The position numbers and the translations under genes are program-made. From assembly GCA_002269645.1 (NCBI GenBank), contig NIVC01000276.1, forward strand, positions 186,001 through 250,000: DNA of 64,000 nucleotides, given 5' to 3'. The stretch comes from Macrostomum lignano (Eukaryota). Position 1 is the first letter of the stretch, and every line of letters starts with the position of its first letter. The notes under the pieces are model-generated. The model worked only from the letters and a program-made list of their open reading frames with translations, ran no database searches and was not told where the DNA came from. This document shows, piece after piece, positions 1-14,036 of this stretch.

Positions 1-270
1 TCCGGTATCCCATCCGGTATCCCATCCGGTATCCCATCCGGTATCCCATCCGGTATCCCATCCGGTATCCCATCCGGTATCCCATCCGGTATCCCATCCG
101 GTATCCCATCCGGTATCCCATCCGGTATCCCATCCGGTATCCCATCCGGTATCCCATCCGGTATCCCATCCGGTATCCCATCCGGTATCCCATCCGGTAT
201 CCCATCCGGTATCCCATCCGGTATCCCATCCGGTATTTCATCCGGTATCCCATCCGGTATCCCATCCGGT
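1..270. repeat. 12-bp tandem repeat (TCCGGTATCCCA)n running off the left edge
   Basis: Near-perfect 12-bp periodicity from base 1 to ~270. Confidence 0.97.
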
Positions 271-1721
271 ATAATTTTCAATTGCTGGTTGTGTTCTAAT
301 TTTCGCACTCAATTTTTCATTGGCAAGATTTAATTTATATAAATTTAACAAATGTGCAAATAACCTACAACTTTGCCCCGTACATGTATATAATGTTATA
401 ATTTTACTCTTTAATTAGCCACAATGCTGTTAATTAAATTTTATTTTGCTTTCCCATATCGAATGCTAGTTTTTGCATTGAATAAAATAGCTTTTATATT
501 TATTAATTGTACTTTAATAAAAATTTCCGTGCCGTCCTTGAGCCGCTACTCTGCCTACTCATCTGCTCAGCAGCGGGTAAATCCTGTTCAGGGTTCGTCT
601 CCCGTGTTTGGCCACGTCAATTTGTGGCTTGACATGCAATTTTTGCCGATTCGTGCCAGCCCAGAGGGTGTACATGCCTGACGACTGGGAGGAAGTCGGG
701 GCCGCTGTGCATCCTCAGGCTGCTTGCCTTCACGCTGGCTGCGTGTGACTGTTGCCTCAGTTTGCGAGAGTTGCCCGCGGGACAACTGTTGTTGCTGAGC
801 AATGAGTAGCCAAATAATCCAGCTGTAGATCAGCCTGACACCTTCGCATCCTCGCTCACCGTTAATTGCATTGTCCCCCCCCCGACCGAATCCGCCGCTG
901 TTGCTGTGCGTTTTTTTAGATCCACCTGGCGCACAGCCACAGCCCGCACCTGCCCAACCATCACCACTCTAGCAAGAAGGACAAGTCCCTCGCCAATAAC
1001 ATTGTGCGCTGCCGCAGCTGCCTTTTCCGTTTAAATTTTTTATTTATTTTAGTTCTTCGGTTTTTAACACCTGAAACGTGTGCCTATTTATTAGAACTTC
1101 ATTCGTCAGAAAATTACTTCTCACCGTTTGTGTCTTCTTTCTGATTAAGTTTATCTATTATTATAATTCTCACACTCTGACTGCAGATGCTAAAATACCT
1201 GGATACGGGTATAGACTGTATAGCTTACTCCGTTTATATGCTATTAGGCTACTTTTGATTCAGTAGTATTATTTTCTTATTTAAACCGCGGGGAAAGTAA
1301 CGAGGCAAGACAAGGGATGGCGCGAAACGGAACCTCCGCAGGTCGAAAAACAAAGGCAGCCGATGAATTATTTATTTCTTGCGAAAGATTTAATAGCCGA
1401 ATGAGAAAAAAAAGCTAAAAAAATCTGAGCAAACACGAACGCACGGCGAACAAGCGGAGGACCGGACTAAATAGAAATCAAGCTAGCACCCCCGCGACCC
1501 CCCGCCCCCCGCAGCACACGCCACCCCGCACGCACCCGCCCCAGCCAAGCGAGCCCCTCCCCCCGCAGTTTAAACGCCCTTACCACCAACACAGTGGCAA
1601 GGGTAACAAAATTTCTTATAACGCTCTTATTATCTTGCCGCTTCTCTGGGAGGGGTTAAGTCACCATGTACACCGTCTGCCTTGTCAGCAAGTGTACATT
1701 ATTCCGGCACTGATAACTGTA

Positions 1722-2026
1722 TTTCTTTACTGGGTCACGTGATTCATTCTGGCACTCCAGTCTGTGCAGCCACTTTATGAGGGGGTAATGAATTCATTTG
1801 ATAAGTTCTTTACTGGGTCACGTGATTCATTCTGGCACTCCAGTCTGTGCAGCCACTTTATGAGGGGGTAATGAATTCATTTGATAAGTTCTTTACTGGG
1901 TCACGTGATTCATTCTGGCACTCCAGTCTGTGCAGCCACTTTATGAGGGGGTAATGAATTAATTTGATAAGTTCTTTACTGGGTCACGTGATTCATTCTA
2001 GCACTCCAGTCTGTGCAGCCACTTTA
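1722..2026. repeat. 83-bp tandem repeat, ~3.7 copies
   Basis: TGGGTCACGTG recurs at 1731, 1814, 1897 and 1980. Confidence 0.92.
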
Positions 2027-2669
2027 AGAATTTCTTTCTTGCTATTTTTTACTCGCTACTGAATTGAAAGAAATAGAAGAAAATTATTATTGCGAATTTA
2101 ACCTATCCAGTTATTTTAGCATCTGTGTTTTAATAATCTAATTATTTTTGTCAGAAAAACTAATTCTTCAATAACTTAAACTGCGCCACTTTTCGTTCAA
2201 ATGAGTTATTATATAACCATATCTATATTTCTCGTTTCTGTCCGATTTCGTTTATTTCATTTTAGTTTTTTTAACAACAATCGCTTAATAAGTAAAAAAG
2301 GTTTTTATTCGTGGTAGTTTGATTTATTTCTGGTAATTTTATTTTTGGTTTTTCCGCGGTCGTTGAAAATTTTCTTATATTGAAGCCAGCGCTGGCACCG
2401 CTATCTCGCGACCATCTCCAATTGTGTAGGTTATCCGGCGGTATAACGATTTTAGCCTGCTTGTAAGGCTAATTCTTTATATTCAATTTTCCATTCTGCG
2501 TGTTGATCCATGGGTCACTGATTGAAAATCACCGGCCTTATTAGTGTTTTATATAGTGATAGTTTGTCATAATAATTTGGTGTAATGCTGCTTTGGAGTT
2601 GAACTTCAACCAAAAAAGTAATCGAACTTCACTCCAGAGTACACTATAATCATCCCGAGTGTACACTTC

Positions 2670-4252
2670 AGTCACATCGAGTGTACACCCAATTCAACCC
2701 CACCCCAGTGTACACCCAATTCAACCCCAACCCAGTGTACACCCAATTCAACCCCAGCCCAGTGTACACCCAATTCAACCCCACCCCAGTGTACACCCAA
2801 TTCAACCCCAGCCCAGTGTACACCCAATTCAACCCCAGCCCAGTGTACACCCAATTCAACCCCACCCCACTGTACACCCAATTCAACCCCAGCCCAGTGT
2901 ACACCCAATTCAACCCCACCCCAGTGTACACCCAATTCAACCCCAGCCCAGTGTACACCCAATTCAACCCCACCCCAGTGTACACCCAATTCAACCCCAC
3001 CACAGTGTACACCCAATTCAACCCCACCCCAGTGTACACCCAATTCAACCCCACCCCAGTGTACACCCAATTCAACCCCACCCCAGTGTACACCCAATTC
3101 AACCCCACCCCAGTGTACACCCAATTCAACCCCAGCCCAGTGTGCACCCAATTAAACTCCAGCCCAGTGTACATCCAATTCAACCCCACCACAGTGTACA
3201 CCCAATTAAACTCCAGCCGAGTGTACGCCCAATTCAACCCCAGCCAAGTGTACACCCAATTCAACCCCAACCCAGTGTTCACCAAATTCAACCCCACCAC
3301 AGTGTACACCCAATTCAACCCCAGCCCAGTGTACACCCAATTAAACTCCAGCCCAGTGTACATCCAATTCAACCCCAACACAGTGTACACCCAATTCAAC
3401 CCCAACCCAGTGTACACCCAATTCAACCCCACCACAGTGTACACCCAATTCAACCCCACCCCAGTGTACACCCAATTCAACCCCAGCCCAGTGTGCACCC
3501 AATTAAACTCCAGCCCAGTGTACATCCAATTCAACCCCACCACAGTGTACACCCAATTAAACTCCAGCCGAATGTACGCCCAATTCAACCCCAGCCAAGT
3601 GTACACCCAATTCAACCCCAACCCAGTGTTCACCCAATTCAACCCCACCACAGTGTACACCCAATTCAACCCCAGCCCAGTGTACACCCAATTAAACTCC
3701 AGCCGAGTGTACGCCCAATTCAACCCCAGCCAAGTGTACACCCAATTCAACCCCAACCCAGTGTTCACCCAATTCAACCCCACCCCAGTGTACACCCAAT
3801 TCAACCCCAGCCAAGTGTACACCCAATTCAACCCCAACCCAGTGTTCACCCAATTCAACCCCACCACAGTGTACACCCAATTCAACCCCACCACAGTGTA
3901 CACCCAATTAAACTCCAGCCCAGTGTACATCCAATTCAACCCCAACACAGTGTACACCCAATTCAACCCCAACCCAGTGTACACCCAATTCAACCCCAAC
4001 CCAGTGTACACCCAATTCAACCCCACCACAGTGTACACCCAATTCAACCCCAGCCCAGTGTACACCCAATTAAACTCCAGCCCAGTGTACATCCAATTCA
4101 AACCCACCACAGTGTACACCCAATTAAACTCCAGCCGAGTGTACGCCCAATTCAACCCCAACCCAGTGTACACCCAATTCAACCCCAGCCCAGTGTACAC
4201 CCAATTCAACCCCAGCCCAGTGTACACCCAATTCAACCCCACCACAGTGTAC
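2670..4252. repeat. 27-bp minisatellite (GTGTACACCCAATTCAACCCCA[C/G]CCCA)n
   Basis: ~58 copies with variant units; source of the spurious 530-aa ORFs. Confidence 0.97.
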
Positions 4253-4844
4253 ATTCGCTTAATTAGAAATTGGATAGTCGCTTTGCCTTAAATTTTGTTT
4301 GCAATCAATTTTAGAGCCGTTCTTAGACACTTTAAACTAAAGTAACCCTAGAGCCGTGTCTATAGATTGGTTAGCAATGCTAACCGCATCTTTTGTAGCA
4401 AATTAAGTCACTGTTGGTTCCTAGTTTCTAGTCATTCTGTGCTTGTTAAAGATGATATCAAAAACCGCGCTAAATTAACCGATGTGCTAGCCTTAAGCGG
4501 GCTAAATTCGGCCAATTATATAACTTGATCCGCCGCATAAACCCGCTTCTTGTCTAATCTCGTCTCTTAGTCTCTCTTTCATACCGTTGTGCTGAGCTAT
4601 CCAGATCACGAGTAACAGGGGCAGGTTTTCAGATTAACCCAAATTTGAAGGTGCTTAAATTTATTATCACCCGCATACCGGTGAACGCGGCACAGAACGT
4701 TTTTTGTGATTTGGTATTCGGGGAATTTATTCTAGAGTATTGATTTACGTGTAAAACTGATTTTAATCGCTTGCGGGTTATTATTAGTCACTGACATTTA
4801 TGTCTATGGGTTTTGGCGATCTTTCCGCTTTGATTCTCGCTACT

Positions 4845-5470
4845 CAACACCCCACTCCTTACCCACACCCCACCACCCCACTCCTTACCCGACACCTCAC
4901 CACTCCACTCCTTACCCCACACCTCACCACTCCACTCCTTACCCCACACCTCACCACCCCACTCCTTACCCCACACCTCACCAACACACTCCTTACCCCA
5001 CACCTCACCACTCCACTCCTTACCCCACACCCCACCACCCCACTCCTTACCCCACACCTCACCACCCCACTCCTTACACCACACCTGAACACCCCACTCC
5101 TTACCCCACACCTAACCACCCCACTCCTTACCCCACACCTAACCACCCCACTCCTTACCCCACACCTCACCACTCCACTCCTTACCCCACACCTCACCAA
5201 CACACTCCTTACCCCACACCTCACCAACACACTCCTTACCCCACACCTCACCACCCCACTCCTTACCCCACACCTCACCAACACACTCCTTACCCCACTC
5301 CTCACCACCCCACTCCTTACCCCACACCTCACCAACACACTCCTTACCCCACTCCTCACCACCCCACTCCTTACCCCACACCTCACCCACTCTAATGCTC
5401 ACCCACCCCACTCCACTCCTCACCACCCCACTCCTTACCCCGCTCCTCACCACCCCATTTCTCACCACTC
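4845..5470. repeat. 27-bp C-rich minisatellite (CCACCCCACTCCTTACCCCACACCTCA)n
   Basis: Direct periodicity; the minus strand is rich in G runs. Confidence 0.95.
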
Positions 5471-5618
5471 ACTTCTACCACTATTTCGTCTCAATTAATC
5501 TCACTGATTGGCTAGCGGATCAAAGGCGCAACTTTAAGTCACAAAGCGCAACTCGAGTTCGCACGGGTTTCACCAATCGCTCCCGCCCCCTCCCCTGCCC
5601 GTCTTCCCCCTTGTCCAG

Positions 5619-8600
5619 GGCTCTGTGCAGCAGATGTCCGCTCTGAACTTCGCCTTCCACCTGTGCAGCCTGTGGACCATGTACTGCGAGGTCGGCATTG
5701 ACGACGCGTCGCAGACGAACGACGCCAGACAGCGGATTATGGACTTCTGGGGCCGCGTGACGCCCGGCATCCTGCAGCTCCTGTCGCACGCTAAAGGGGT
5801 GAGAAATTTTCAGACGATGGGTCCCGGGATTTTGGTCAGTTTTTTTATCATTAAAGAGATGCTTTATTGAAGTGTGAGCGAAGTCTATTGAGTTTTTGTG
5901 TCTCTTGCTGGCGATTTATAATTTCTCTCATTTAAAAAAAATTTAATGAGCTTCTAACTTCTGTTAGTGAGATCACGGTTTTAAGGTTTTTAAACCAGTC
6001 GGTTCCGCGGCTTGTTCTCAGTACATCCAGTTTGAGTTTGTCTATAACTGGAATTTGCATTGGGATTCGTTGCCCATGGCCTTTGAACACCCTAGGGATT
6101 AGTAGTCCATGGCCTTTGAACACCCTAGGGATTAGTTATCTATGGCCTTTGGGAACCTTAGGAATTAGTAGTCCATGGCCTTTGAACACCCTAAGGATTA
6201 GTTATCCATGGCCTTTGAACACCCTAAGGATTAGTTATCCATGGCCTTTGAAAACCCTAAGGATTAGTTATCCATGGCCTTTGAACACCCTAAGGATTAG
6301 TTATCCATGGCCTTTGAAAACCCTAAGGATTAGTTATCCATGGCCTTTGAAAACCCTCGGGATTAGTAGTCCATGGCCTTTGAAAACCGTAGGGATTAGT
6401 TATCCATGGCCTTTGAACACCCTAAGGATTAGTTATCCATGGCCTTTGAACACCCTAAGGATTAGTTATCTATGGCCTTTGAACACCCTAAGGATTAGTT
6501 ATCTATGGCCTTTGAACACCCTAAGGATTAGTTATCCATGGCCTTTGAACACCCTAAGGATTAGTTATCCATGGTCTTTGAGCACCCTAAGGATTAGTTA
6601 TCCATGGTCTTTGAACACCATATGGATTAGTTATCCATGGCCTTTGAACACCCTAAGGATTAGTTATCCATGGCCTTTGAAAACCCTAGGGATTAGTTAT
6701 CCATGGCCTTTGAACACCCTAAGGATTAGTTATCCATGGCCTTTGAACACCCTAAGGATTAGTAGTCCATGGCCTTTGAACACCCTAAGGATCAGTTATC
6801 CATGGCCTTTGAACACCCTAAGGATTAGTTATCCATGGTCTTTGAACACCATATGGATTAGTTATCAATGGCCTTTGAACACCCTAAGGATCAGTTATCC
6901 ATGGCCTTTGAACACCCTAAGGATTAGTTATCCATGGTCTTTGAACACCCTAAGGATTAGTTATCCATGGCCTTTGAACACCCTAAGGATTAGTTATCTA
7001 TGGCCTTTGAACACCCTAAGGATTAGTTATCCATGGCCTTTGAACACCCTAAGGATTAGTTATCTATGGCCTTTGAACACCCTAAGGATTAGTAGTCCAT
7101 GGTCTTTGAACACCATATGGATTAGTTATCTATGGCCTTTGAACACCCTAAGGATTAGTTATCCATGGCCTTTGAACACCCTAAGGATTAGTTATCTATG
7201 GCCTTTGAACACCCTAAGGATTAGTTATCCATGGCCTTTGAACACCCTAAGGATTAGTAGTCCATGGCCTTTGAAAACCCTAAGGATCAGTTATCCATGG
7301 CCTTTGAACACCCTAAGGATTAGTTATCCATGGTCTTTGAACACCATATGGATTAGTTATCAATGGCCTTTGAACACCCTAAGGATCAGTTATCCAAGGC
7401 CTTTGAACACCCTAAGGATTAGTTATCCATGGTCTTTGAACACCATATGGATTAGTTATCTATGGCCTTTGAACACCCTAAGGATTAGTTATCCATGGCC
7501 TTTGAACACCCTAAGGATTAGTTATCTATGGCCTTTGAACACCCTAAGGATTAGTTATCCATGGCCTTTGAACACCCTAAGGATTAGTAGTCCATGGTCT
7601 TTGAACACCATATGGATTAGTTATCTATGGCCTTTGAACACCCTAAGGATTAGTTATCCATGGCCTTTGAACACCCTAAGGATTAGTTATCTATGGCCTT
7701 TGAACACCCTAAGGATTAGTTATCCATGGCCTTTGAACACCCTAAGGATTAGTAGTCCATGGCCTTTGAAAACCCTAAGGATCAGTTATCCATGGCCTTT
7801 GAATACCCTAAGGATTAGTTATCCATGGTCTTTGAACACCATATGGATTAGTTATCAATGGCCTTTGAACACCCTAAGGATCAGTTATCCATGGCCTTTG
7901 AACACCCTAAGGATTAGTTATCCATGGTCTTTGAACACCATATGGATTAGTTATCTATGGCCTTTGAACACCCTAAGGATTAGTTATCCATGGCCTTTGA
8001 ACACCCTAAGGATTAGTTATCTATGGCCTTTGAACACCCTAAGGATTAGTTATCCATGGCCTTTGAACACCCTAAGGATTAGTTATCTATGGCCTTTGAA
8101 CACCCTAAGGATTAGTTATCCATGGCCTTTGAACACCCTAAGGATTAGTAGTCCATGGCCTTTGAAAACCCTAGGGATTAGTAGTCCATGGCCTTTGAAA
8201 ACCCTAGGGATTAGTTATCCATGGCCTTTGAAAACCCTAAGGATTAGTAGTCCATGGCCTTTGAACACCATAGTGGTTGGTTTATCCCGAAACCTGCTTA
8301 GCCAAAGTCAGAAAATCACGAGGCGCTTGCAATTCAGTTTTTTCTTATTGTCTTCTGTTTCCTTGCATTTTTCTTTGCTAGAAAACGGCAGATTCACGTT
8401 TGTGCAACTTGCAGTAATTTGCGTTTAACTCTCACAGTCACGTGGTTGCTTTTGTCACCGCCCGGTTTTTGCTTTGCGTTCGCCGACTGACCAAGTTGCT
8501 TTATTTTGGTTTTTGGTTTTTATTATTTAACATCAAAGCTACTAAAGAATTCGGTTGCTATTTGCTAAAAATTCAGCACAGCAACTGAATGATTGCGTTT

Positions 8601-11600
8601 GAACTCGCAGCATTTGTAGTTTTTGTTTTATTAGATAAAAGTACGTCATCTAATGAGTTGTTTTGCTCCGTTGAGCTCGCACCGTAACTAATAATCCGTT
8701 TTGCATCACAAATCCGACTGCAGCCAAAGAGCCGCTCGCTCAAGGAGGTTTGTAACCGAAATTAATGATAGCTATTTAGAGTGAACTTTTGCCGCTGTGC
8801 TCAGCTCAAAAGCAGCTGCGCCACAACACCAACTAACCGCAATTCATGAGTTGTTCCTCAGCAACTGTAGAAATTGAGCACATTGTTGATTAGGCACCTC
8901 AGATCTCGGCACTGATCCCTAATCCCACCTCCACTGACTGGCAGGTAGACTGGCCAGCCATTCCTGCACACCTGCTCCGTGCACCTGTGTGTTCACCTTC
9001 AGATCAATCTACAGTAAACTCACATAGTCTACTCTCATAGTCTACTCTCATAGTCTACTCTCACAGTCTACTCTCATAATCTACTCTCATAGTCTTCTCT
9101 CACCCAGTCTACTCTCATAGTCTTCTCTGAGACAGTCTACTCTCATAGTCTACTCTCAAGCACTATACTCTCAAGCAGTCTAATTTCATAGTCTACTCTC
9201 TACTCTCATAGTCTACTCTCGGACAGTCTATTCTCAGACTATCTACTCTTACACCATTCCCTTACCAATAGGAAAGCTTGTCTAGTTTAGTAATTTTCTA
9301 AAGCGTTTACTTTCATTCCAATTTGTTCAGACGATTGCCTGAATTTTTTGCTTTGAGCTAGCATTTTTGTCGGGACTTTATATGCACTTTAGTGCTTTTA
9401 GCTAATTTGAATTTTTGAACTAGCCATTTTAAGGTTGAGTTTAGTTTTAATCTCTAATTGTTTCATCTCATTCAAAGTTTTTTATAGCTTTTCAATGCAA
9501 TTGACCTTCAGCATAAGCAGTTCCTCACTTCCTCTCGACACATAGCTAGCTTGAACCCTGCATAAAGATTTTTTTACTCTGCAGTTTTTGCAACACTGAA
9601 GATTATTTATTTGACACCGCGCCAGCGCTGTGCCCCTCCTGCAGATTTGCTAATTAGCTACTTCAAGTAGTCCCTGCTGCCTATTTTAAATGAGTTTTTT
9701 AAAGACAATCTACTCGTATTGACATCCTTGAGTTTTGTGACACCACCGCCTGCACCGCCTAGAATATATTTTGGTCACACAGCACATAGGCTGCTACTAA
9801 TAGTAGAGAACTGTTAAGGGCAATTACCCCCGTACTTTTTACTGCAAAGTCACAGAGTGAAAAATTGGGCATCACGTCTGGCCTGTGTGATGCTTTGCTG
9901 CTCCTGTTATTTGTATTGGCACTTTTTTCTTCTGAATTTTTATTGGTCAATCAACGCCACGCAACCCCAGCCACTTCTCTACCCCTATTTAGATAGAGGG
10001 TTCAGAGGGGGTTTAGCTGCCGATGTACGTACATTGTCTTTAATGTACATTCTTCCTGCACTGGGGGCAGAGCGTGTCACGTGCCTGCAGCCAACTCAGT
10101 TCATTTGGCTTATCTTTGCCGCTATTCCATCCACCCCTGTCCCTTCTCTACCCCGTAATTCATTAGAGTGGTTCAGTGGATGTACATTGACTTTAATGTA
10201 CATTCTTCCTGCACTGGGGGCAGAGCGTGTCACGTGCCTCCAGCCAACTCAGTTCATTTGGCTTATCTTTGCCGCTATTCCATCCACCCCTGTCCCTTCT
10301 CTACCCCGTAATTCATTAGAGGGTTTCAGTGGATGTACATTGTCAGCTGAATCAATAGTGTACATAATTCCTGTCCTGATAACGAAATGTATAACGTGGC
10401 TCCTTCCGACTGTTTTTTGGCCGCTTATACTTGAAGTAGTCTTAACTTAAGAGGCGACGAATACAAATGAATTATTCAAAACACATTGCTTTTACTGGAC
10501 GACTTTTCTGCAAATCCATAAGTTTTCGGAAGCAGCCATACGAAGCACCTGTATTCAGGGTCCTACTTATAAAAGCATCAGTTTGCAGATCATGTTGCAC
10601 TTTCTCTTATAGAGCAGACAACTAGCTATTTAAAATGCTAGCCGGCAGACGGTTAGCTGGTTCAATTTTTGAATAAGCTATGAAAAACCTTTCATGGTAT
10701 TAGACTACCTGCTTCACCCCAGTTTACCCTCTCACCTGTCCTCACCTGTCCACAGCTGGCCGATATTGTCAACGGTCACTTACTGCACATGATGGAGTCT
10801 TTGAAGGCCTGCAATTCCACCATTTTAACTAAGGTAAGAAAAGAACCGCCACCTACTGTCAGTCACTGAACCAAAAAAAATTCGCCCAGTACAAATTTTC
10901 CCCTAATCTCAAAATTTGCCTTAATTTCAAAGCCAGCCTCTAATGAGTCTAATCTCTCAATCAATCCCGTGATTTTTAGACCATGGTACTCAATCATCCC
11001 GTGATCTCAAAATCATCCCGTGATCTCAAAATCATCCCGTGATCTCAAAATAACCATCCCGTAATCTCAAAATCATCCAATGATCTCAAAATCATCCCAT
11101 GATCTCAAAATCATCCCGTGATCTCAAAATCATCCCGTGATCTCAAAATCATCCCGTGATCTCAAAATAACCATCCCGTAATCTCAAAATCATCCAATGA
11201 TCTCAAAATCATCCCATGATCTCAAAATCATCCCGTGATCTCAAAATCATCCCGTGATCTCAAAATCATCCCGTGATCTCAAAATAACCATCCCGTAATC
11301 TCAAAATCATCCCGTGATCTCAAAATGACCATCCCGTAATCTCAAAACCATCCAATGATCTCAAAATCATCCCATGATCTCAAAATCATCCCATGATCTC
11401 AAAATCATCCCGTAATCTCAAAATCATCCCGTAATCTCAAAATCATCCCATGATCTTAAAATCATCCCGTAATCTCAAAATCATCCCGTGATCTCAAAAT
11501 CATCCCGTGATCTCAAAATCATCCCGTGATCTCAAAATGACCATCCCGTAATCTCAAAACTATCCCATGATCTCAAAATCATCCCGTGATCTCAAAATCA

Positions 11601-13882
11601 TCCCGTGATCTCAAAATCATCCCGTAATCTCAAAATCATCCCATGATCTCAAAATCATCACGTAATCTCAAAATCATCCCATGATCTCAAAATCATCACG
11701 TAATCTCAAAATCATCCCGTAATCTCAAAATCATCCCGTGATCTCAAAATCATCCCGTGATCTCAAAATCATCCCGTGATCTCAAAATCATCCCGTGATC
11801 TCAAAATCATCCCGTAATCTCAAAATCATCCCATGATCTCAAAATCATCACGTAATCTCAAAATCATCCCGTGATCTCAAAATCATCCCGTAATCTCAAA
11901 ATCATCACGTAATCTCAAAATCATCCCATGATCTCAAAATCATCACGTAATCTCAAAATCATCCCGTAATCTCAAAATCATCCCGTGATCTCAAAATCAT
12001 CCCGTGATCTCAAAATCATCCCGTGATCTCAAAATCATCCCGTGATCTCAAAATCATCACGTAATCTCAAAATCATCCCGTAATCTCAAAATCATCCCGT
12101 GATCTCAAAATGACCATCCCGTAATCTCAAAACCATCCAATGATCTCAAAATCATCCCATGATCTCAAAATCATCCCATGATCTCAAAATCATCCCGTAA
12201 TCTCAAAATCATCCCGTAATCTCAAAATCATCCCGTAATCTCATAATCATCCCGTAATCTCACAATCATCCCGTAATCTCAAAATCATCCCATGATCTCA
12301 AAGTCATCCCGTGATCTCAAAATCATCCCATGATCTCAAAATCATCCCGTAATCTCAAAATCATCCCGTAATCTCAAAATCATCCCGTAATCTCAAAATC
12401 ATCCCGTAATCTCAAAATCATCCCGTAATCTCAAAATCATCCCGTAATCTCATAATCATCCCGTAATCTCACAATCATCCCGTAATCTCAAAATCATCCC
12501 ATGATCTCAAAGTCATCCCGTGATCTCAAAATAATCATCCCGTAATCTCAAAATCATCCCGTGATCTCAAAATAATCATCCCGTAGTCTCAAAATCATCC
12601 CGTTATCTCAAAATCATCCCGTTATCTCAAAATCATCCCATGATCTCAAAATCATCCCATGATCTCAAAATCATCCCGTAATCTCAAAATCATCCCGTAA
12701 TCTCAAAATCATCCCGTAATCTCAAAACTATCCCATGATCTCAAAATCATCCCGTGATCTCAAAATCATCCCGTGATCTCAAAATCATCCCGTAATCTCA
12801 AAATCATCCCATGATCTCAAAATCATCACGTAATCTCAAAATCATCCCATGATCTCAAAATCATCACGTAATCTCAAAATCATCCCGTAATCTCAAAATC
12901 ATCCCGTGATCTCAAAATCATCCCGTGATCTCAAAATCATCCCGTGATCTCAAAATCATCCCGTAATCTCAAAATCATCCCATGATCTCAAAATCATCAC
13001 GTAATCTCAAAATCATCCCGTGATCTCAAAATCATCCCGTAATCTCAAAATCATCACGTAATCTCAAAATCATCCCGTAATCTCAAAATCATCCCGTGAT
13101 CTCAAAATCATCCCGTGATCTCAAAATCATCCCGTGATCTCAAAATCATCCCGTGATCTCAAAATCATCCCGTGATCTCAAAATCATCCCATGATCTCAA
13201 AGTCATCCCGTGATCTCAAAATCATCCCATGATCTCAAAATCATCCCGTAATCTCAAAATCATCCCGTAATCTCAAAATCATCCCGTAATCTCAAAATCA
13301 TCCCGTAATCTCAAAATCATCCCGTAATCTCAAAATCATCCCGTAATCTCATAATCATCCCGTAATCTCAAAATCATCCCATGATCTCAAAGTCATCCCG
13401 TGATCTCAAAATAATCATCCCGTAATCTCAAAATCATCCCGTGATCTCAAAATAATCATCCCGTAGTCTCAAAATCATCCCGTTATCTCAAAATCATCCC
13501 GTTATCTCAAAATCATCCCATGATCTCAAAATCGTCCCGTTATCTCAAAATCATCCCATGATCTCAAGGTTGCTAATCCTGACCTCAGTGCATCTGCCCA
13601 GCCCCTCCCAGCTACCTGAGCTTGATCTGGCCCGCCACCCCCCTCACATCCGCTCAGCTGATCGCCCTGTGGATCCCCGTGTTCTACGCGCACACGGGCC
13701 ACCTGAACAACAGCACGCAGATCCGCCTGCAGCAGACGGTCAACTGGGAGCCGCCGGCCCCGCCCACGCAAGACCGATCGCTCACTGACGGCATGCTGCT
13801 CAAATGGCTCAAAGGCTACGTGCTCAAGCTCGGCCTCATTGAGAGCCAGTCGTCTCAGGCTACTCAAATTTACATCACTTAA
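5619..13882 (+). CDS. unc79: UNC-79 homolog (NALCN channelosome subunit), last three coding exons: 5619-5798, 10756-10833, 13658-13882
   Basis: All junctions are GT-AG phase 0. The spliced product ...IMDFWGRVTPGILQLLSHAKG|LADIVNGHLLHMMESLKACNSTILTK|LIALWIPVFYAHTGHLNNSTQIRLQ...LLKWLKGYVLKLGLIESQSSQATQIYIT* matches the UNC79 C-terminus as recalled (VTPxILQL...MEALQECNSTIFVKLIPMWLPM...LRKWLQ...QVEIQSSEAASQFY). Upstream exons were not securely located. Confidence 0.88.
6073..8270. repeat. 33-bp minisatellite (TGGCCTTTGAACACCCTAAGGATTAGTTATCCA)n in an unc-79 intron
   Basis: ~66 copies; explains the 798-aa WPLNTLRISYP ORF. Confidence 0.97.
9024..9250. repeat. Degenerate 13-bp repeat (TAGTCTACTCTCA)n
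   Basis: Direct inspection. Confidence 0.85.
10030..10345. repeat. 153-bp tandem duplication, 2 copies
   Basis: TGTACATTCTTCCTGCACTGGGGGC occurs at 10044 and 10197. Confidence 0.9.
10965..13566. repeat. 19-bp minisatellite (TCATCCCGTGATCTCAAAA)n in an unc-79 intron
   Basis: ~2.6 kb of 19-bp units with occasional 22-bp variants. Confidence 0.97.
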
Positions 13883-14036
13883 TCTACTCGAGTATCTTTT
13901 ATGATGAAGCAATATTTTACCATTGAAATATTGATATTTTACTGAGACTTTGCTGTCCTTTTCCCGCTTTTTTTACTGTTTTTAAATTGAGCTGCTAAAC
14001 AAATTTTTCAGTTCATTTCTGGCGCTTCTAGTCTTG

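Noticed and set aside
525-1020. GC-richer island, possibly an unc-79 exon or decayed retroelement (TCNFCRF is faintly zinc-knuckle-like)
   Set aside because: Stops in all frames, no convincing splice pair and no recognisable homology; left unassigned.
2659-4291. 530-aa ORFs on both strands (HPIQPQPSV / VYTQFNPTP / NWVYTGLGL)
   Set aside because: Translations of a 27-bp stop-free minisatellite; no unique coding flanks.
6032-8428. 798-aa WPLNTLRISYP ORF
   Set aside because: 33-bp minisatellite inside an unc-79 intron bounded by good splice sites.
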